Assembly (NCBI GenBank): GCA_001784435.1
Contig: MFQZ01000001.1
Span: forward strand, 220,742 to 284,741
Length of the DNA: 64,000 nucleotides
Reading direction: 5' to 3'
From: Candidatus Magasanikbacteria bacterium RIFOXYC2_FULL_42_28
GTDB lineage: Bacteria; Patescibacteriota; Patescibacteriia; Magasanikbacterales; GWA2-37-8
Shown here piece after piece: positions 58,998 through 64,000 of this stretch. The notes below the pieces were generated by a model. It worked only from the letters and a program-made list of their open reading frames with translations, searched no databases and was not told the DNA's origin. The position numbers and the translations under genes are program-made. The first letter of the stretch is position 1; each line of letters begins with the position of its first letter.

Positions 58998-60215
58998 TTA
59001 AATTATTAACATTGCATCCCCAAAACTATAAAAACGATATTTGGCTTTAATCGCTTCGGCGTAACATTTTAAAACAAACTCTCTGTCCCCGGCAAACGCG
59101 GACACAAGCATCAACAGTGTGGACTCGGGCAAATGAAAATTGGTGATAAGCGCGTCCACCACTTGAAATTTAAAACCGGGGGTAATAAAAATATTAATAT
59201 CGCCATCGTACGGCGTGACTTGTCCGTCAAATTTTTGCGCCACTCCTTCCAACGTCCGCACCGTTGTCGTGCCAACCGCTACCACGCGTCGGCCACTGGC
59301 CTTGGCCGCGTTAATTAACCCGGCATTTTTATCAGTAATTTCTACCCACTCGGCGTGCATTTTATGATCTTCAACTTTTTCGGTTTTAACTGGTAAAAAT
59401 GTCCCTAACCCAACATGCAAAGTAACTTCCGCAAACTCCACACCCTGTTTTTTCAATCGCTCAATCAATTCTTCAGTAAAGTGAAATCCGGCTGTCGGCG
59501 CGGCCACTGAACCTTCATATTTGGCATACACGGTCTGATACCGCTCTGCAACATACTCACTTGTCATCCCGAGCGAGGACTCCCGACTTAGTCGGGACGA
59601 GGGATCTCCACCAACAAATGATTGGGATAGAGATTCCTCCTTCGCCGTCGGAATGACAGAAATGTACGGTGGTGTCGGCACTTCGCCATATTTATTCGCC
59701 TTGGCGCGCACAATCGCGTCCGAATCATTAAACTGTAAATCCACCGTGCCATCATCATTTTTAAACATCACCTCGGCAAAAAAATCATCTGCAAAAACCA
59801 CCCTCATCCCCAAGCGCAATTTTTTTCCCGGCTTAGCGAGCGCCCGCCACACCCCCGGATTTTCCATCGGCCGCGTTAAAAATATTTCGACTTTCGGCGC
59901 GTTAAAAATTACATCAGTACACTCAAATTTCCCCGTCCTTTTCAAGGAGGGGGCGAGGGGGTGGTTCGGCACACCCGCGACCTCCTCATCCAACATTACC
60001 GTCCCGCGCAAGCGCGCCTTAAAAACTTTCGTATTATTCCACACCACCAAATCCCCAGCACGCAAATACTTACAAATTTCCGCAAACGAATTTTCATGCT
60101 GAAAAATCTTGCGTTCGCGATCAACCAACATTAACCGCGAAGAATCGCGTGGCGTTGCCGGCGTTTGCGCAATTAGTTCTTTTGGTAAATTATAATTAAA
60201 ATCCGAGGTGAGCAT
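58998..60215 (-). CDS. queA: S-adenosylmethionine:tRNA ribosyltransferase-isomerase with two in-frame repeat insertions.
   Basis: MLTSDFNYNLPKELIAQTPATPRDSSRLML N-terminus. About 60 aa longer than typical QueA. Inserts translate to GGDPSSRLSRESSLGMT and PTPPLPLKRTGKFECT. Confidence 0.88.
   Translation of the reverse strand: MLTSDFNYNLPKELIAQTPATPRDSSRLMLVDRERKIFQHENSFAEICKYLRAGDLVVWNNTKVFKARLRGTVMLDEEVAGVPNHPLAPSLKRTGKFECTDVIFNAPKVEIFLTRPMENPGVWRALAKPGKKLRLGMRVVFADDFFAEVMFKNDDGTVDLQFNDSDAIVRAKANKYGEVPTPPYISVIPTAKEESLSQSFVGGDPSSRLSRESSLGMTSEYVAERYQTVYAKYEGSVAAPTAGFHFTEELIERLKKQGVEFAEVTLHVGLGTFLPVKTEKVEDHKMHAEWVEITDKNAGLINAAKASGRRVVAVGTTTVRTLEGVAQKFDGQVTPYDGDINIFITPGFKFQVVDALITNFHLPESTLLMLVSAFAGDREFVLKCYAEAIKAKYRFYSFGDAMLII
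59562..59660. repeat. Full-length family B element in frame in queA.
   Basis: TTGTCATCCCGAGCGAGGACTCCCGACTTAGTCGGGACGAGGGATCTCCACC...GGGATAGAGATTCCTCCTTCGCCGTCGGAATGACAGA. Confidence 0.85.
59931..59970. repeat. Family C G-rich element (CCCCGTCCTTTTCAAGGAGGGGGCGAGGGGGTGGTT) in frame in queA.
   Basis: Near-identical to 45647-45686. Confidence 0.8.
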
Positions 60216-60218
60216 ATT

Positions 60219-61070
60219 TTATCTAAGATATTTCGCCACATTAACATTATGCTCGTCCAAAGTTTTGGCAAAATGAGTATTACCTTCCGCATCACTCATA
60301 AAATACCAGTAATCGTTTTTAGTCGGATAAATCGTTGCCGCAATCGCCTTTAAACTCGGATTAGAAATCGGCCCGGGCGTTAATCCTAGATACTTATAGG
60401 TATTATACGGCGAATCAATCGCCCGATCAACCGCTGACACCGCCGGCGTATTTTTTCCGGTAATATAATTTACAGTCGCGCAAGATTGCAACGCCCAATT
60501 ACGCTCATATCGGCGCCAAAAAATATCCGCCACCATCGCCATATCTGCACCCGCCGCTTCTTTTTCTACAATTGATGCCATTGTCAAAATTTCAAAAAAA
60601 CTTTTCCCTTGCCGAGTAATTTCCGTACGCATTTCTGGTGTTATACTTTTATCCAATTGATGAAAAAATTTGTAAGCAATTTCTTCCAACCCCCCATCAA
60701 CATAAACTGTGTGTGTCTCTGGTAATAAATACCCCTCATATGAAACTCCGCCTGGTTTACCAACCAATAATTCTCTTAGAGTATTAGTAGCCAAAAACTG
60801 CCAATCCGCAGCCGGCGCAACACCATGCGCGCCAACAGACGGTGGCATACCAAAATTATAAAAAAACTCCTGCTCTGATTTTATCAACCCCTTCGCTTTC
60901 CAATCTTCCGCAATTTGGCGCAAATTCCAACCCGGTTTAACAATAACATCTACGACCGGTCGCGGTGGTGGTGGAATATAGCGATGAGTATAATGCCAAT
61001 AAAAAAAGAACCCAACCGGGGCAAGAATAATAATTAAAATAGAAGCTATTGTAATTTGTCGGACGGACAT
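60219..61070 (-). CDS. mltG: Endolytic murein transglycosylase MltG (YceG-like).
   Basis: N-terminal TM, then EILTMASIVEKEAAGADMAMVADIFWRRYERNWALQSCATVNY, the YceG core. Confidence 0.8.
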   Translation of the reverse strand: MSVRQITIASILIIILAPVGFFFYWHYTHRYIPPPPRPVVDVIVKPGWNLRQIAEDWKAKGLIKSEQEFFYNFGMPPSVGAHGVAPAADWQFLATNTLRELLVGKPGGVSYEGYLLPETHTVYVDGGLEEIAYKFFHQLDKSITPEMRTEITRQGKSFFEILTMASIVEKEAAGADMAMVADIFWRRYERNWALQSCATVNYITGKNTPAVSAVDRAIDSPYNTYKYLGLTPGPISNPSLKAIAATIYPTKNDYWYFMSDAEGNTHFAKTLDEHNVNVAKYLR

Positions 61071-61080
61071 AGGTGATTAA

Positions 61081-61200
61081 TGCCAAATTTCCAATTTCAA
61101 ATTTCAAATCAATGTCAAAATCAAAATATCAAATTTGACCTTTGGCATTTGAAATTTGGATTTGATTTGACATTGGAAATTTGGATTTTGAAATTTAATT
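61081..61200. repeat. Long AT-rich inverted repeat built from family E motifs (CCAAATTTCCAATTTCAAATTTCAAATC ... GATTTGACATTGGAAATTTGGATTTTGAAATTT).
   Basis: Two arms with extensive complementarity, located between mltG and the nucleotidyltransferase gene. Confidence 0.75.
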
Positions 61201-61231
61201 GATTAATTTACGAATCAAACCTTTGAAAAAT

Positions 61232-61924
61232 TTATACCAGAAATTCCCTCTCTGCCTTCTGATATTTCTCCAACGTATCCGTCGGAAACCACTGCCCATT
61301 ATGCCGATGCGCGAACATTTTCCCAAGCTTGGCGACTTTTTCAAAACAATCACGCTCAATTGACGAAACCCCAACCGGCAAAATGTCCAACACATCCGGC
61401 TCCATAATATACCCGCCGGCATTATTTAAATTTGACGGCGCTTTATCCGGTGTTGGTTTTTCCACAAATTCCAAAATTTTATCTCCTTCTAAGCGCGCGA
61501 TACCATACTGAGTAACGTCTTCAACCGGAAATAAAGACAGGGTCAATTTGGCGTTATTTTTTTTGTGAACTTCAAGCGCCGAAGTCCAATCAAAATCCGC
61601 CAAATTATCCCCGTTAATTGCCAAAAACGTTTCCTTAATTCCTTCAGCCGCTTTTTTCAAAGCCCCACCGGTGCCGAGTGGTTCGCTTTCCACGCAATAA
61701 CTGATTTTCATCCCCCACTTACTCCCATCGCCAAAATAATCTTTAATTTTGTCAGCCATATAACCGATAGACAAAACAATTTTGTCCACGCCATGCTTTT
61801 TAAAATTCAAAATCGCGTGCTCAACAATCGGCTTGCCGTGAATGGGCAAAAGCGGTTTTGGCGTTTCATAGGTTAGAGGGCGTAAACGTGTCCCGAGTCC
61901 TCCGGCCAAAATTATTGCTTTCAT
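61232..61924 (-). CDS. Sugar-phosphate nucleotidyltransferase (RmlA/GlmU-N-like).
   Basis: MKAIILAGGLGTRLRPLTYETPKPLLPI signature. The listed ORF extends to 61942 into the upstream repeat. Confidence 0.8.
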   Translation of the reverse strand: MKAIILAGGLGTRLRPLTYETPKPLLPIHGKPIVEHAILNFKKHGVDKIVLSIGYMADKIKDYFGDGSKWGMKISYCVESEPLGTGGALKKAAEGIKETFLAINGDNLADFDWTSALEVHKKNNAKLTLSLFPVEDVTQYGIARLEGDKILEFVEKPTPDKAPSNLNNAGGYIMEPDVLDILPVGVSSIERDCFEKVAKLGKMFAHRHNGQWFPTDTLEKYQKAEREFLV

Positions 61925-61936
61925 AATTATATCAAT

Positions 61937-62008
61937 TGTCATTGCGAGGAGCCGTAGCGACGCGGCAATCCCAACGTTAGATTGCCACGCTTCGCTCGCA
62001 ATGACAGT
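61937..62008. repeat. Family B variant palindromic element (TGTCATTGCGAGGAGCCGTAGCGACGCGGCAATCCCAACGTTAGATTGCCACGCTTCGCTCGCAATGACAGT).
   Basis: Terminal inverted repeats TGTCATTGCGAG / CTCGCAATGACA. Confidence 0.8.
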
Positions 62009-62014
62009 AAAAAA

Positions 62015-62551
62015 TTAAAAACTTAAATCCACCACAATTAACAAATAATACGCCAAAACTGCCATAAGACCGGCCAAAGAGGCGCCCCCAACAATATCAA
62101 ACGGATAATGCACTGCCGAATAAACGCGCCCCCAAGCCACCCAAAGCGCCAACCCCAAAAATATCCAAACACTCGGCAATCCATATACTAACGCCATAAA
62201 ACAAAACAAAAACGCCGAAAAAGCGTGATCCGATGGAAAAGATTTCCAAATAGATAAAGGATGAAATAAAAGTCGCACCTCCGGATGTTTTAAATACGGC
62301 CGTGGCTCTTTGACAGCTAATCCAATTAAAATGCTAACAAATATCCCCAAGCCCCACATCGCTCCAAACAAAATCATTCCCAAAAATACCATTCTATTGT
62401 CTGCCTCAAAAACCCGAAATAAATCCACCCCAAACCACCAAGCCATCCCAAAAATCACCCACTGCGCGCCGGCGCGGGAAAACAAATCCAGCCAGCGATA
62501 ACGGCCGGACAGTTTGTTGATGCATAAATAAAGTCGTGCGTTCCAATTCAT
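62015..62551 (-). CDS. PAP2-family phosphatase (undecaprenyl-diphosphatase/PgpB-like).
   Basis: KEPRPY, PSDH and SAVHYPFDIVGG match the three PAP2 motifs. Confidence 0.75.
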   Translation of the reverse strand: MNWNARLYLCINKLSGRYRWLDLFSRAGAQWVIFGMAWWFGVDLFRVFEADNRMVFLGMILFGAMWGLGIFVSILIGLAVKEPRPYLKHPEVRLLFHPLSIWKSFPSDHAFSAFLFCFMALVYGLPSVWIFLGLALWVAWGRVYSAVHYPFDIVGGASLAGLMAVLAYYLLIVVDLSF

Positions 62552-62687
62552 ATTTTTGTTTCTTAATTTTACCAGTTAATCCATTTTTACGCAACCCCAA
62601 AATAAGCCAATACTGCGCGATACCACTTGAATTTTTCCACAGAAATGGTATAAATAAATAGCCAGTTAAAATATAAGAAATCAAACT

Positions 62688-64000
62688 ATGGCTGAACAGC
62701 CGTTAATTATTCCACCCGACGCTTTTTTAATCGGAAAACGCGGTAATAGCATCCGCCGGCCAACCGGCTTGCCTGGAATAAGTCAAGATGATAACCCCCT
62801 GGCCAGCGTTTTGAACCCATCTGGATTCGTAAGACAGGGCGATATTTTTATTAAAGACAAGCCAATTGGTGATTTGGGGGTAATTACGGATCTTGCCAGC
62901 GCGCCCAAAGATATTATACAGTCACGCCCTATCAGTACTGAAGAATATTTTGAATTCTCAAAAAATACCCTCACAAAAGTGTTGGCCGCCCACGAAAGCA
63001 AGGGGACATTGCTCGCTTCCGGCCACGACGACCAATTCGTCAATTACCTAGAAACGATACTGGTAGAATCCGGCTTGAAAAAACCCGAGAAACTGGTCCG
63101 AGAGATGACCCTTATCATTAAATCACTGTCATACCAACGAAACAAAGAACTTGAAGAAAAACCCGAAGAAGGCGAAAGAGAGGCGACCTTTTGGATGCGG
63201 GCGATGCCATTTGAACATCCCCAAGCAAAAATTACTAAACGAGACATCAAGGGTGCCGAGGTAATTAAAAAAGATTACCAAGGCGAAGGCACATATGATA
63301 ATTTGAATATTTTATTACTACCGGAAATCTGGCTGTCGATGAACGCGCGCCAACAGGAACTACTTTTGTCCGGAATATTATTTTTATTCAGATACACTGA
63401 AAATACCGCGGATATCAACGCCCCCAGCTTGCTAATCCGTCTAAGCCAAATCACGCGAGAAACCCCAAGCCGTACAATCCGAGAAATGGCCTATGCGATA
63501 ATGACTTCATTGCCATTTGAACAATTGCCCCAAACCGCCAAAGAAACGACTGCGGAAGTAATAATCAAAAACAATGAATATGGCAATGAACTGGCCACCG
63601 CGCTAATCTTTCACGATCGCACCAAAATAGGAGACCGTTTACGCGAGCAGGCTGACCGATTTGAAAAAGAAGTTTTAACCGAACTATCGGTCCCCGTGGA
63701 TAATCTGGCCGCCTATACTCGCCCGCAATGGAACCGACTAACACGCCGATGCATGCAAGTAAATTTATTAAAATTTAACCACCCCGATCACGTTGGGATT
63801 GAAATTGAAATAGCGCCATTTGATAAAAATCCACAAAGCGGAGTAGCAGATATAGATCGTTTAAAGAAAAAAATTGGAGCCGACTCCCCTTTAAGTAGTT
63901 GTGGGGTTGATCGAGACTGTATTGAGGTTAGAAGCGGAAATAACGGATTCATACCGAATCTCAAAAACATGGAACATCTGGCAAATCACTTAAAAAGAAT
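62688..64000 (+). CDS. Hypothetical protein, partial (continues beyond the window end).
   Basis: By manual translation the ATG at 62688 opens a frame of more than 437 codons with no stop (MAEQPLIIPPDAFLIGKRGNSIRRPTGLPGISQDD...). Not in the ORF track because no stop falls within the window. Confidence 0.5.
   Translation, partial: MAEQPLIIPPDAFLIGKRGNSIRRPTGLPGISQDDNPLASVLNPSGFVRQGDIFIKDKPIGDLGVITDLASAPKDIIQSRPISTEEYFEFSKNTLTKVLAAHESKGTLLASGHDDQFVNYLETILVESGLKKPEKLVREMTLIIKSLSYQRNKELEEKPEEGEREATFWMRAMPFEHPQAKITKRDIKGAEVIKKDYQGEGTYDNLNILLLPEIWLSMNARQQELLLSGILFLFRYTENTADINAPSLLIRLSQITRETPSRTIREMAYAIMTSLPFEQLPQTAKETTAEVIIKNNEYGNELATALIFHDRTKIGDRLREQADRFEKEVLTELSVPVDNLAAYTRPQWNRLTRRCMQVNLLKFNHPDHVGIEIEIAPFDKNPQSGVADIDRLKKKIGADSPLSSCGVDRDCIEVRSGNNGFIPNLKNMEHLANHLKR

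Overview
This 64 kb window looks like a compact, mostly minus-strand bacterial chromosome segment whose gene content and style are consistent with a Candidate Phyla Radiation (Patescibacteria-like) genome. Evidence for that: a giant 2732-aa surface protein, K/A/E-rich C-terminal tails on ribosomal proteins L31, S2 and L25, a short UvrC, and a dense housekeeping set. The window encodes four aminoacyl-tRNA synthetases (argS, tyrS, valS, an archaeal-type aspS/asnS), a glycolytic block (gap, pgk, two tandem iPGM paralogs, eno), scpAB, tsf-rpsB, rpmE-prfA-prmC, rplY, uvrA/uvrB/uvrC, gyrB, secE-nusG-rplK, queA, mltG, ftsW/rodA and pgsA. Three things stand out. (1) Several families of short palindromic repeats are scattered through the window. 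Many sit in frame, with no stop codons, inside essential genes (argS, valS, pgk, prmC, uvrC, uvrA, gyrB, queA), reminiscent of Rickettsia palindromic elements. (2) A plus-strand accessory island at 45.8-50.3 kb encodes an AAC(6')-like GNAT, a LysE exporter, a ParB/Srx-like protein, a second GNAT, a TmrB-like P-loop kinase, a zeta-toxin-like kinase with a coupled small downstream ORF, a VOC/glyoxalase and SanA. (3) Two small GC3-rich foreign-looking ORFs (10664-10981 and 42648-42797) sit behind near-consensus sigma70 promoters in an otherwise AT3-biased genome. There is also a promoter-to-terminator unit at 11219-11322 that could be a ~70 nt small RNA. No rRNA, tRNA or CRISPR array was recognised. 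All calls come from reading the sequence and the ORF translations by eye; no searches were run.
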